Below, in pieces: positions 17,106-30,200 of a stretch of 64,000 nt of DNA (position 1 is its first letter; each line of letters begins with the position of its first letter). The DNA comes from the human T2T-CHM13v2.0 reference genome, Homo sapiens. The position numbers were made by a program, and so were the translations under genes. Under the pieces are notes generated by a model, which was not told the DNA's origin, searched no databases, and saw only the letters and a program-made list of their open reading frames with translations. The DNA lies in assembly GCF_009914755.1 (NCBI RefSeq), contig NC_060932.1, one strand, 5' to 3'.

Positions 17106-17427
17106 CAGTTGCCATTCCATGTCTGTTGGCTCCACATTCGTAAATTCAACCAACCTCAGATTAAAAATATCTGGGGAAAAAATTTCACAAACTTCCAAAA
17201 AGCAAAACTTGGCCAAGTACTACATTGAATACGTGCAACTGAAGTGTTGTGTAGCCATTGTATTAGATCATATAAATTATCTAGAAATAATTTAAAGTAT
17301 ATGGGAGGATGTGCATAGGTTACGTGCAGATATTATGCCATTTTATATAAGAGACTTGAGCATCCTTGGATTTTGGTATCTGAGGGTGTCCTGAAACCAA
17401 TCCTCCACGGATACCAAGGGGAAGGTG
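17106..17427. mobile_element. MER2-type MITE (TcMar-Tigger)
   Basis: gacttgagcatccttggattttggtatc...aaccaatcctccacggataccaagggg end block. Confidence 0.85.
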
Positions 17428-17512
17428 TGTGTTTGTGTGTGTGTGTGTGCGCATGTGTGTGTGTCTGTGTGTATGTCTGTATGTGTGCATATGTGTGTGT
17501 GTGTGTGTGTGT
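17428..17512. repeat. (TG)n microsatellite, interrupted
   Basis: Read directly from the sequence. Confidence 0.9.
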
Positions 17513-17635
17513 TTGTCCTGTCTGTCTGTTCCTTTTGATCATCAGCTCTTAGGGTACAGACTGGCTTACTTTATACTAGGGACAAGTATAAAGAATCCCT
17601 GCTTGGCACAGGGATTCTTGTATTTCATGAGACTT

Positions 17636-17952
<317 letters not shown>

Positions 17953-18494
17953 GAGACTTCTTATTGAAGATGGTGTCTACTTAACTTAGATTGGGATTCT
18001 GACATGATATCCCCCCAACAGAGAAGACGTTCTAATTGCAATCAGCAAAATCAAGGCATAATTAAGTGCTCACAAATTGTTATGTTAGTAGAAGAAGCAT
18101 TTTTCATCCCTTCTGGTCATTGCCTCCCTTTCTTGAACCATCTCCTTCTCACTGGGCATTTTCTTATGTTTCACTTGATTTTTTAAGTGTTGAGTAAATG
18201 TATTCTTGTATACATTTAAGATAAACTCTAATCCAAATGATGCAAACTAGAAAACATAATTTGAACACAGTTTCTCTTTTTAAAAAAATCTATATTTGAA
18301 GTGATCTGCTTGTGTATTTGATTCACCTGCCCTGTTATAAAGTGGGGAAAATAGGACTTACATGGCAAGGTTGCTGCGTGAGTTAGATCACAAAATGTCT
18401 GCATAGAGATGGGCTTGGGGGTGTCACAGAATAGTTTCCAACTATTGTAGCACTTTTGAGGGCAATCTCTTTCACCCTCAGAGCTGGCATTAAA

Positions 18495-18613
18495 AAATTT
18501 AATTTTAATTTAATTTAAAGCTCTAGAGTACATGTGCAGAATGTGCGGGTTTATTGCATAGAAAACCGTGTGTCATGGTGGTTTGCTGAACCTGTCAACC
18601 CATCACCTAAGTA
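18495..18613 (-). mobile_element. Short L1PA (older) 3' end
   Basis: gtacatgtgcagaatgtgc...catggtggtttgctgaacctgtcaacccatcacc. Confidence 0.75.
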
Positions 18614-18763
18614 AAGCACTGGCTCTGTATCACTGGATAGGTCAGTGCCTTCTCTGGGCCTTTGATTCCTTATCTACAAAATGGGGGTTTAGATCAAATT
18701 ATTTCTAGCTTTACGTTATTCCTCAAATTTGGGAATAATTTTAGTAAGAATTAGGGGGTGACA

Positions 18764-19055
<292 letters not shown>

Positions 19056-19079
19056 TTAGGGGGTGAGATAGATGACAGA

Positions 19080-19630
19080 TGTGGTTAATTGCATTATTCT
19101 TCCTGATTTTTCACGCCTTCCTGTATGCTTGTCTTAAGATCTAGCACTTCTGTTCTCTGGGGTTGGAGGATATTGTCTTACTGTGTCTCTGTTGGACATG
19201 GCCTTGTGATTTGCCTCAGCCTTTGACCTTTGAGATGTAGGTGGAAGCAACAAAGTGACAGTTCCAAGTCCCGACCATAAGAAGCATTGTGTATTTCCAT
19301 TTGTGCTTCCAACCGTTCCCATGACAAGAGCATACCCTTGGATATAGCTGCTACTCTTTCGTCTTGGACCCCAGAATGAACGTGTGGATCTCCAGCCTCC
19401 CCACTAACCTGTGGGCCTGAGAACAAGAGCTCCCTGTTGCACTGCTGACTGATACACATAGTGCAAGCACAGCTGGCCCTCCATACAGGTGGGTTTCGAA
19501 TACTGTATTTTCAATCCAAGTTTGGTTGAAAAAAGTCTGTGCATAAATGGACCCTCGTGGTTCAAACCCTTGTTGTTTAAGGGTCAACTGTATATTATTT
19601 TGTCAGTAAAAGAAACAATGACTAAATATA
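19080..19630 (+). mobile_element. MLT1H-like LTR interrupted by MER8
   Basis: MLT1-like blocks (gccttgtgatttgcc, ttggaccccagaatgaa). Boundaries approximate. Confidence 0.55.
19470..19590 (-). mobile_element. MER8 (Tigger2-derived) short copy
   Basis: The reverse strand begins cagttgacccttaaacaacaagggtttgaacc, the Tigger2/MER8 terminus, next to TA. Confidence 0.75.
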
Positions 19631-19737
19631 TCCTTGCCTTGAGTGTCCACTCTTAGTAAGATAAGGAAGATGAGATAATTGTCAAAGAGTAGAGACCTGT
19701 CACAGGTAATGCTAAACATTGTTATCTTTCTGTATAA

Positions 19738-20077
<340 letters not shown>

Positions 20078-20424
20078 TATTTCACTTACATTCTTTATAA
20101 CAGCCATATGAGGAAGTATGATCATTGTGATTTTATGGAAGGCAAAACTAGTGCTCAAAGAAGTTAAGAGGCTTACCCAAGTATGTAATTTACAAGTTGG
20201 GGGGATTGGGCATAATCCCAAGTCAGCTCTTAACCACTCTGTTCTCCCACCTTTCAAAACTGAGGATGTTAAGTGTGAGTGGTTGGGGGCACTTCAATGT
20301 GCTCTCATCAAAATCATGTGTGTAAGCATAGATCATACAGGAGGTGACAGAAGTGGGACATGGCTACAGAATTCAGAGTATGAGGGAAAGGTTTGGATCA
20401 CACTCTTCTACCATGGTATGACAA

Positions 20425-21135
20425 GCCTTTTGTGTCCACTGAATATCCACGTGCTCCTTTATATCTACCCGCCATCCTTATTTTATTTTATCTTATTTTT
20501 TTAGACAGAGTTTTGCTCTTGTTGCCCAGGCCAGAGTGCAATGGCAGGAGTTTGACTCACCACAGCCTCCGCCTCCTGGGTTCAAGCAATTCTCCTCCCT
20601 CAGCCTCCTGAGTCGCTGGGATTACAGGCATGCACCACCACACCTGGCTAATTTTTTTTTTTGTATTTTTAGTAGAGATGGGGTTTCTCCATGTTGGTTA
20701 GGCTGGTCTCGAACTCCTGATCTCAGGTGATCCGCTCGCCTTGGCCTCCCAAAGTGCTGGGATTATAGGCGTGAGCCACTGCGCCTGGCCCATCCTTATG
20801 GTTACAGAGGGGAAATACAACTGGGTCCTGGCTGGTGCAATGTAGACAGATGTGATACAAGCAACTTCAAAGCTTAGCCCTTGAAAATGCCCTGCAGGAT
20901 CCTGTACCCTTCCTTTCCCTCTCTGAAATCTCCTTGGATGCCAAGTGTTCTACATGGTGCAAGCAAAAGACAGAAGCCACCCATGACCCTGAGTCATCAC
21001 TTAGAGTAATGTCACCAAGAGTTACTTGACCCTCAGAGGATTGTGATATGAGCGAGAGACAAGTTTCACTGTGTCAGCCCACTGAGATTCGGGAGTATAT
21101 GTGTTGCTCCAGCATAGCTCGTTCTATTCTAACTG
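20425..21135 (+). mobile_element. Old MLT1 LTR interrupted by AluSp
   Basis: MLT1-like 3' end cactgtgtcagcccactgagattcgggagtatatgtgttgctccagcatagc. Confidence 0.5.
20482..20790 (-). mobile_element. AluSp
   Basis: gctcttgttgcccagg, gagtgcaatggc and gggtttctccatg diagnostics. TSD catccttat. Confidence 0.92.
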
Positions 21136-22287
21136 TGTAAAGCAAAGTGTCCAGGATATAGCAGATGTACATCAAATGCAAAAGTAAAACAGTAAGAGAT
21201 GGATGCATGGAAGAAAGAAAGGAAGAGTGATGCAAATGTATTTGAGAAAATGTCTGGAGTTATTTGTGACGGGAGATGGTAGTCCACATTGTTTTCTGGC
21301 CAGAATAAAAAGCACACCCCATAGAACCTTGTGCTTTCTCTGCTGACTAACACATTCGTACATCCAAGCAGGAACTGCTGTTTTAGTGGACGACAGTCGT
21401 CAAGGCCCTGGCATGTTTGAGTGTCAACCGCTGACTCTGAAGAAAAAGCTTATTAGCTTTAGGAGCTCATAGCTACCCCAATCCAGTGGGAGCTGCCTCT
21501 AGACATCACTGTTTTTTATGGCTTTAATCTGAGACATTTACATCCTTTGGGGGACTACGTCAGGAGAACTTTTAATGAAAAAACATTTCATTTGAAATCA
21601 GTTTTTTTTTCTTTAAATCCTTTCCTTTTTTTTCGTTTTTTAACCTCTCATCCTGGAGAGGCACAGTACAGAGTGTTTATAATTAATTTCCCTCACACCT
21701 CTTGTTTACTGAACATTTATTGAGGAACCTTTGAGGAGACATATTTTTTTTTCTTTTCTTGGTTAATTGTCTGCTAGGAAGGCTAACAGGATCTGGAATT
21801 CAAGCAGGCTTGGTCGTGGGAGTGGCAGGCGTAGGCAGAGACCTAGGCTGTGTGATCCAAGGATGCTCTGTATAGGGCCTGGGCCCAAGGTACCTCTTTT
21901 GGAAAAATAAAGTATCAGAGAATCTGCACTCAGAAAGTTCTACTCTGAAGAGTTAGAGGCAGAGGCTACTGGTTTCTAGGCAAATGTGAATACAGTAAAC
22001 AATCACAGATTCTCTGTGATCTTGGCATATGGGTTTGTAAGGATGCAATGTGTAAAGCTTTTTATGTCTTCAAATCCTGCCATCACATGACCTCACATAA
22101 TGTGCAAAATAAACCTGTGTTGGGGCTCATTATCCTCATTTTATGGATGCGATTGAGGTGTGGCTCATTATCCTCATTTTATGGTTGCAATCGAGGTGTG
22201 AATTATTATGTTCTGTCTGAATGAGGGTCTTTAGCTGGTTCTAAACAGGGTTGTCCAAGGATGGTTCAGAGGCTTTCCCTTTTAAAA

Positions 22288-22572
22288 CACCACCATAGAC
22301 AAATACCACAGGCACCATGTCCACGACCACCACCACCATCACCTCTATCACCGTACGGTCACTGTCACCACTACAACCAATACTACTATTACCTTCATCA
22401 CCACCATTACCACCAATACTATTACCACCACCACTACAACCAACACTACCATCATCTCTATTTCCGACACTACTGGTACTACTATTACCACCATACCCTC
22501 ACCATCATGACCCCACCAACATCACCATCACCTCTGTCACCACCAATGCCACCACCGCTAGCATTACCACCA
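22288..22572. repeat. Degenerate (CAC/CAT/TAC)n trinucleotide low-complexity tract
   Basis: ~285 bp with 3-bp periodicity. Confidence 0.9.
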
Positions 22573-22599
22573 AACTAGGTGCTTAGAGTTCTGTTATCT

Positions 22600-22929
<330 letters not shown>

Positions 22930-23118
22930 AGTTCTATTATCTTTTTCTGGGAGTTTACAAGTATGTTGACAACTCAGGTGATGGTAATGATGGTGATTTT
23001 TCTACATGGGATAGGTTGCCTGAAGATGGAGCAAAGTTCTAGCTGGAATTCAACAGTTAACAGGAGAGGTGCTATACTGTGCAATGAAATGCTTACTAGA
23101 CAACCTCATTAAGAAAAG

Positions 23119-23698
23119 TGTGTGGTTAATTTTATGTGTCAACTTCATTAGGACACAGAGTGCCCATATAATTGGTTAAACTGTATTCGTAAGTGTGTCA
23201 TTGAGTGGGTTTCTGGATGAGATTTGAATAACATTGAAATTGGTGGACTGAGCAAAGCAGATTTCCCTCCCCAATGTGAGTGGGTCCCACTCAATCCATT
23301 GAAGGCCTAAATAGAATAAAAGACTGAAGAAGAGAAGAATGTTTTCTGCCTGCCTGACTGTTGTTGAGCTGGGACATCAATTTTCCCCTCCCTTCGGATT
23401 CGGACTTGGACTGGAATTTTTACCATTGGCTTTTCTGGTTCTCTAACTTCAGTCTGAACTGAAACTCCAGTACCATCAGCTCTGCTGGTTCCCAGGCCCT
23501 TAGACTTGGACTGGAATTATGTCATCAGCTCTCTTGGGCTTTTAGCTTGTTGACTGCAGATCTTGGACTTCTCAGCCTCTATAATCATGTGAACCAATTC
23601 CTTATATGGTGTGTGCGTGTGTGTGCGCACGCGTGTGCACGCGAGTGTGTGTGTGTGTGTCTCCTATTGGTTCTCTTTCCTTGGTGAATCCAGTAAAC
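23119..23698 (+). mobile_element. MLT2 (ERVL) solo LTR with internal (GT)n
   Basis: ggttaattttatgtgtcaactt start, ccattgaaggcctaaatagaa, and ctcctattggttct end block. Confidence 0.85.
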
Positions 23699-23990
23699 TG
23701 GAGTCCAGGTTCTAGTGGGAAGTGCAATACTAGTGACAGGATGTGAGAATTAGAAGAATCCTTAAGCAACACTACTCCCATCTGATTAGCGTCTTTGTTG
23801 TCTTCTTAGCTTCAATCACTGTCTCATGTATTTTATTTGGCTACTTACTTCTTATGGTTTCTCCCATGGGAATGGGATTCATGAAGCCACGGACCTTTTC
23901 AATCTGTTTGTCACTATACCTCCGGAATCATTACACAGGAGGTGCTTAATAATCATTTGTAGAAAAACTTAAGAAAATTGACATCCTATA

Positions 23991-24345
23991 TGTATTAGTT
24001 TGTTTTCATGCTGCTGATAAAGACATGCCCAAGACTGAGAAGAAAAAAACGTTTAACTGGATTTACAGTTCCACATGGCTGGAGAGGCCTCAGAATCATG
24101 GTGGAAGGCAAAAGGCACTTCTTACATGACAGTGGCAAGAGAAAAATGAGAAAGAAGCAAAAATGGAAACCCCTGATAAACCCATCAGATCTTGTGAGAC
24201 TTATTCGCTATCACAAGAATAGCATAGGAAGGACCATCTCCCATGATTCAATTACCTTCCCCTGGGTCCCCCCCACAATACCTGGAAATTCTAGGAGATA
24301 CAACTCAAGTTGAGATTTGGGTGCAGACATAGCCAAACCGCATCA
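23991..24345 (-). mobile_element. THE1C solo LTR
   Basis: TG...CA termini, 5-bp TSD ctata, and a THE1C-type cacttcttacatg/aaacccctgataaaccc block. Confidence 0.92.
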
Positions 24346-27192
24346 CTATAAATGAACATAATTTATGAACATCATTTTTTTGAAGTCACAATGGCAGGAA
24401 ATTGTCTGCCAGGTATGATTCTAGACACTTTATATGTGCAACTCCTTATGGTAAGAATTATTATTCCTGTTTTTCTCATAAAGATGGGTGTCCCAAGTGA
24501 CAGAGATAGTTAAGAACCCAAGATCTTTCCACAATAACATGTTGCTATCCTTGACTGACTCTGGGTCATTCAAAACTTGAATCTGGGTCTCTTGACACTT
24601 ATATGACTTTTTAGATGCAAATAAATAAAAATAAGAAAGGAAGAATTTATTCATCTACACTAAGCATAAACTCTGTGCTAGACAGAGAGGGAGACATTTA
24701 CTATGCATTATCTTTTCTAATCTACCCAACAACACTATGCAGAATAGGTTTTCTCTCAAAGTTTTACTGAGGAGTTAATTGACAAAGAGCTCTTGTCTAG
24801 AAAGTAGATGACACATATTTTGGAATCAAAACTACTTTATTCCAAAATCTTTGTTCTCTATCATATACCATTTTGTCCCCTCATTCCTTCTTATTTAAAG
24901 GAACTGGTCTCTATTACAGAATGCTCAGCAAGATTGCCAGTTACTTTGGCTGAAGTTTTATTATTAGGAAAAAAAATTCAAAAGTAGAAAGCTGATTTTA
25001 GGGGTTTATTTTAAAATATTCATGTTTATGTTTTTCCCTTGGGCTTTTATCTACTCAGTCTCCTATACTTTCTCCTCCTACTGCCTCAGGTTCTTACCTC
25101 TTAACTCCAGTCAGATCCCCACCTTCCAAAGAGGACCACCCACAGTCTGTTCTTTATTTCCTCACTAGCAGAGCTTGTCCTCTGTGTTGGATTCCCAATA
25201 AGGATTGAAACTGAATTATGTTTCTGATGGAGTCAGTGAGTTAAGTCTCTTTCCCCTCACGGGAGACCATGAGGGTTAAATTCAGATGGACTTGGGTGTG
25301 AATCCTAACTCAGTCATGTATTAGCTATGACATCTTGGATGACTGGGTCATTATTGCAATTCTCAATTCTTCATCTCTCAAATGGTGGAAATACCTGGCT
25401 CAAAGGATGTCTGGAGAGGCAAGTGCTCTGATAGGCTGGTTCACCCTCCTGTGCCCATGCTCTGTGAACTCTGGTTCAATGAGGTTTGCCTGGCAAACAA
25501 GATTCTGCAATCTTGGGGAATAGGACCAGGTGGTCTCCTGGAGCTCTCATTGTGCTCTGAGTAGAGAGATGCTGCCACCCATGTGTGCAAAAGTACAGGA
25601 CAAGTGGGAGATCTGGAGAGTAAAGACCTCTCCCTGCCACGTTACATGATGTGATACATTTGGACGAAGAACGTTTAAAGAAAAGCCAGTGAGCAATTGC
25701 CATTATACTCACTTAGAAAGAGCAAGCTTTATATAAGGCACACGTAGGTGAGAAGAATGGAATCTTTTTGTGTGAACAGATAACAAACAGCTTTTAACAA
25801 ATCTTTAGAAGAAGCAACCATGGTAGGATCCATGTGACTTCATCAAATGACAAGAGAGTTAGTGGAGTCAAGAGCAAAGAAGAGAAGAGAGAAAAAATGT
25901 GAATCATGATCATATTAATTTTGAGTGTACTTTATAGAGTAAGAACTAATTTAGACTGACCTAAAGGTTACCAAAACACAAACAGTTGTTTAGCAGAATA
26001 TATAACATTAAAAGACATTAGTGGTAAATGTGGAAGAGAAACATTAAATTCTTTTAAAAATTTTCAAATTATTTGTAATGCCATTTGCAAATAATTGCCA
26101 CTCTAATTACAATTTAAAAAGTTATTTTTTATTAAAATAGATTTAAGAAACTATAGAAAAATATTTTTTAGGTAAAAAAAGGTACTTTTTTTCTTGTGCT
26201 TTCAAATATACACAGTGATTCAAATACAGCTTTTGCTAATCTACTGTTACTCTGTGTTCTCAGAAGTAAGCAGCACATTTTCTTGATTTTAAATGTGAAA
26301 TTTACACTTTTCACTAACTCAGACTGTTGTCCCCTGGGAAGTCTCAATTAATGAAGTTTTACTCTACTTGTCGCATAGTAGCAAATGTATCCACTGGGAA
26401 ATTAACAAAAAGACAACCTGGGCCTTTTTAGCAATAATTCATGTGTTTAGAATTGCTATGGAACTCTAATTGCTGGTTATAAAATGTACAGTCCTGTTAC
26501 TTTTGTTGCTGGACTGATGCAGTTTTTGCCTGGGTTCCTGGGAAGGACAGGGGGAAGAATTACCATGTATTAATAATTCTGTTTCACGTACAGACTCTTT
26601 CATGCCAGGCCCCACTGATTTATCTACCCGGCGTCATGTTGAAGTCTGCTTTGGATTTACGGCTGATTTATTTTGGCTGTGTTAATGTGAGCAACGTCAC
26701 TGGGCCTAATGATTAAGTATTCACGGTCGGCTATAAATTATTCTTTCTTTACTCTAGATAATAGCAGATTATTTTTCACCACTTCTGGGTGTGAATTATG
26801 AAGGACAGTTACTTCTTTAATCTCTAGCACATCTTTCCATGAAAAGGTCTGTGCATTGGATTCTCCCGCTTCAGAAAAAGCCAAGCTTTTTTTTTTTTTT
26901 TTTTTGGATGATAAATTTGAGTGAATTAATTTTTACTTCTGAAAAATCTATCTGGGCACTATTGTCTTGCGGGTGGAAAGGAAAACCCTGGTTGTGTGTC
27001 AGGAAACTTGGAAGTATTCCAGGGTCTTGCTGCCCAAAAGGCTGTGGGAATAGCTAGAAATTCAATTTTGCCAGACCTGTTTCTTATTTGTCAGTCAAGA
27101 AGGACGATCTATTTTCCTTTACCTTGAAGTTAGTGTGAGTATCAAGGAAGACAATAGTAACATCTCAAAAAAGGAAAGTGGAAGGATGTAAT

Positions 27193-27266
27193 GATATATA
27201 ATATGTATATGTGTGTGTAAAAGTGTATATGTGTGTGTGTGTATATATATATATTTATATATATAT
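27193..27266. repeat. (TA)n/(TG)n microsatellite
   Basis: Read directly from the sequence. Confidence 0.85.
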
Positions 27267-30200
27267 TTTTCTCTGATGTGTCCTAGTTAGGGACTCCTCT
27301 GGAACCTCTCTAACTGAGGAAAGGATAAAGGAATTTTAAAATTTATGTCGATCATTTAATGATAACAGCAATTATTAATTAGCCCTAATTGTGCTTTTCA
27401 AGAGTTATCTCTCTTAGCCTTTTAAAATGCCTGTTACTATTTTTTCATTACTCTCATTTTATGGAGGAAGAATCTGATGCTCAGATATATTAAGAACTTA
27501 TTTAAGGTCACATAATGACATTGGGGTGTAGTAGGGTGAAACCCAGGGTATTGGCTGACATCAGAGCTCCGACCCACTCTCCATGGGTGCTGTTCAGCGC
27601 TCGGCCCTTCGCTCACTGCTGCTTGCAATTTCTCTACACGTAGGTCATTTCAGGCCTACTAATTTTTCTACAGATGAGAGGATGAACCTTTAGGAGAATT
27701 AATACAAATTGCTTAAGTAAACAGTGATGAATCAGAACATTTGAGATCTACGCAAAGTAGAGCATCACACCTGTGAGAGTGCAAGGAGACATTCGCAATA
27801 ATCTTGTCTCCACAATTTAGGCCCAGGGAGCTTAGGGGAAAGAAGAATGTATTGACTGACATAATTGAACATTTCAGAGGCCATATCTCCTTCAGGTGTG
27901 GTAAGATCCAGGGAGACAAATAGCATCACAGGGACAGTTCCTCACCCCTCTGCTGGCTTTACTTTGTCATACATTTAGAGCCGACTGTCCCAGAAGAGGG
28001 AGTTAAATGCTCTCGCCTCCAACATCATATTGTTTCTTCCTGAGGATCTTGGCTCATCTTGCTTTGGCCAACTTCCCATCCTTCAAACAACTGGGGCAGT
28101 GGGGAACTAGTTAATGGGCTCTAGGTTTGAGGGCAGTCCACGGTGAAATAACAATAGAAAGAATATTATTTTCTGGCAAGTAAAGAAGGTTTTCCTAAGG
28201 TCTAGCATCACGTGAACCAATGAGATAACATTTCTGCAAATGTTGTCAATTTGTTTTCTGTTGTTAACAACATCCACTCATCTGATGCATGGAGCACCAA
28301 TGAGGGTATCAGCTCAGGAAAGACAGCATTGATCTGCACTAGAATATATTTTTCCTTGGGCAAAGAAAGTGAAATGCTAAGTGGGCATGAGTGCATTATT
28401 CATGTCTGATGACTGAAAATTCACACCACCAAAAGATACCATTGAAGGGCCTGAAACAGAAGCAGGTTTAAGAAAAAGGTATACACAAATGATAAAGCTT
28501 CACATGCTATTATTGCTGTTGTTGTTTTTAATGCTAAAGCATTTTATAAATATAAGAGACCGTATTCATTTTTTGAGGTCAGTGGCTGGGGTTACTGACA
28601 GTTGAGGGGAGTCAACCTACTCACAGTTGGTAGAACAAATAATTAGGGAGCCCTCTCAAACTGAGGAATCAAGTGACTTTGGTGACCTGCCTATGGGAGC
28701 TGGGACTGAACCCCAGTAGACACCCATTGTTCTTATCACAAATGCAGCCCACTTGCCATTTGGGATTCTAGGACTAATTTTATATTGGGAAGTTTGCATG
28801 TCATACCATCCCTTCCACATTCACAGCCATTACCTTATACACAGGCTTCTGCTGCAGGAGCTTCCTGGCTGGCCTCCCTGCCTCCTGCGTTGCCCTTTTC
28901 CAGGGGTAAAGATAAGAGTGTTTTCAACAGGGAGGCTTTCAGATGGAAGGTTAACAGAAGAGAGGTGGGCTAGGTGGATGTCTCAAAGCTGATTTGGGTA
29001 GGCTCAATTTAGATGTGCATGTAGGACATTACAGATGGAGTCTTCCAGTAGCCATTCTACCCAGGGGTTTGTAGAAGGGTACTCATCATCTCTATGATTT
29101 TCTGTGCCCAGAAACTCATCATGTGGCCACACTTGGCTGCAAGGGAAATTGGGAAATGATGTATTTTCCCAGCTTCATGAGTATGGGCCCAGCTAAAACC
29201 AGAGGTTTTTTATGCAGATGGAATAGTTGAAGGGTGCAAATTTAGGTACAACCAGCAGCTCAGCCACAAGCAACATCACACAATCAGACACACCTCATAA
29301 CCTTCATACTCATGTTTTCAACAAGTTATGAGCCAGTATAGGTCTAAATACCTGCTCCATTATTTATGAGTTGAGAGAGCTTATAGAAATTACCTAATCA
29401 CTCTTTGTCCCATTATTTTTATTTATAGAGCAGGGAGCAGAAATGACGTTTTTTTTTTACTACCTCATTTGAATTTGTCCTAAGGCCCAAATGACATGAA
29501 ATTTCTTAGCTCAAGGCCTAACATAGAGCTGTTTTATTATTATTGTTATTAGCTGTCAATATTTACTATTATAATAAAATATGCACCTTGAAGATTGTAT
29601 TAATACTTCAAATTATTTTTGTGTTTACTCTCTGCTAGAGTCTGTATTAGCTTTGCTAAGTTCTCTAATTTCTAGAAGAATAAAGTATGATAGTGAAGAA
29701 GAAATATAAACCATTAAACACAATTACGTTTTATAGGCATGCTGCTGAAAATGAATAGGCAATTTTTCCTCATTGATTTATTAGCATAAAATAGGGTCCT
29801 TTTCTCTGTTTACATAGTTGTAACAATTATAATCTCCCTAGCCATGGTTATCTCTATCACTGATGTAATTGCTGTTTGTTTATGCTGTTAGAGAGAGACA
29901 GGGAGAGAGAGAGTAGGAGAGAGAACACGTGCACTCCCATGACCTTGAGAAAGTTACTTCTTAAGTGGAAAGGAAGGGTTGTCCTGGGTGTTCTGGTTTC
30001 TTGCAACTCACTCTCCACTTTTGACTCACAGAAGTCACTGGTGGTCATTTTTTAACAGATGCCAATGATGAGTTGACAATAGGTCCCTGGTTACTTGTAA
30101 CTGAAAGTATTCTTTTGCCAATGCTAGAGCATTCATTTCTATTTTAATTAGAGGAAGAATTTTATTAAAAAAAGTGGTCCATTAGAATTTCAACTAACAT

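Noticed and set aside
21389-21401. Palindrome GACGAC-A-GTCGTC
   Set aside because: 6-bp arms are expected by chance in 64 kb.
22261-22586. His/Tyr- and Thr/Pro-rich ORFs
   Set aside because: They are translations of a CAC/TAC low-complexity tract, which is stop-poor by composition.
27661-27905. Possible lncRNA exon (ttctacag ... gtaag)
   Set aside because: Splice-like signals alone are too common, and it cannot be supported without transcript data.
28208-28374. E-box TCACGTGA and IRF-like GAAAGTGAAA, plus scattered AP-1 TGAGTCA sites elsewhere
   Set aside because: Short motifs at near-background frequency with no supporting context.
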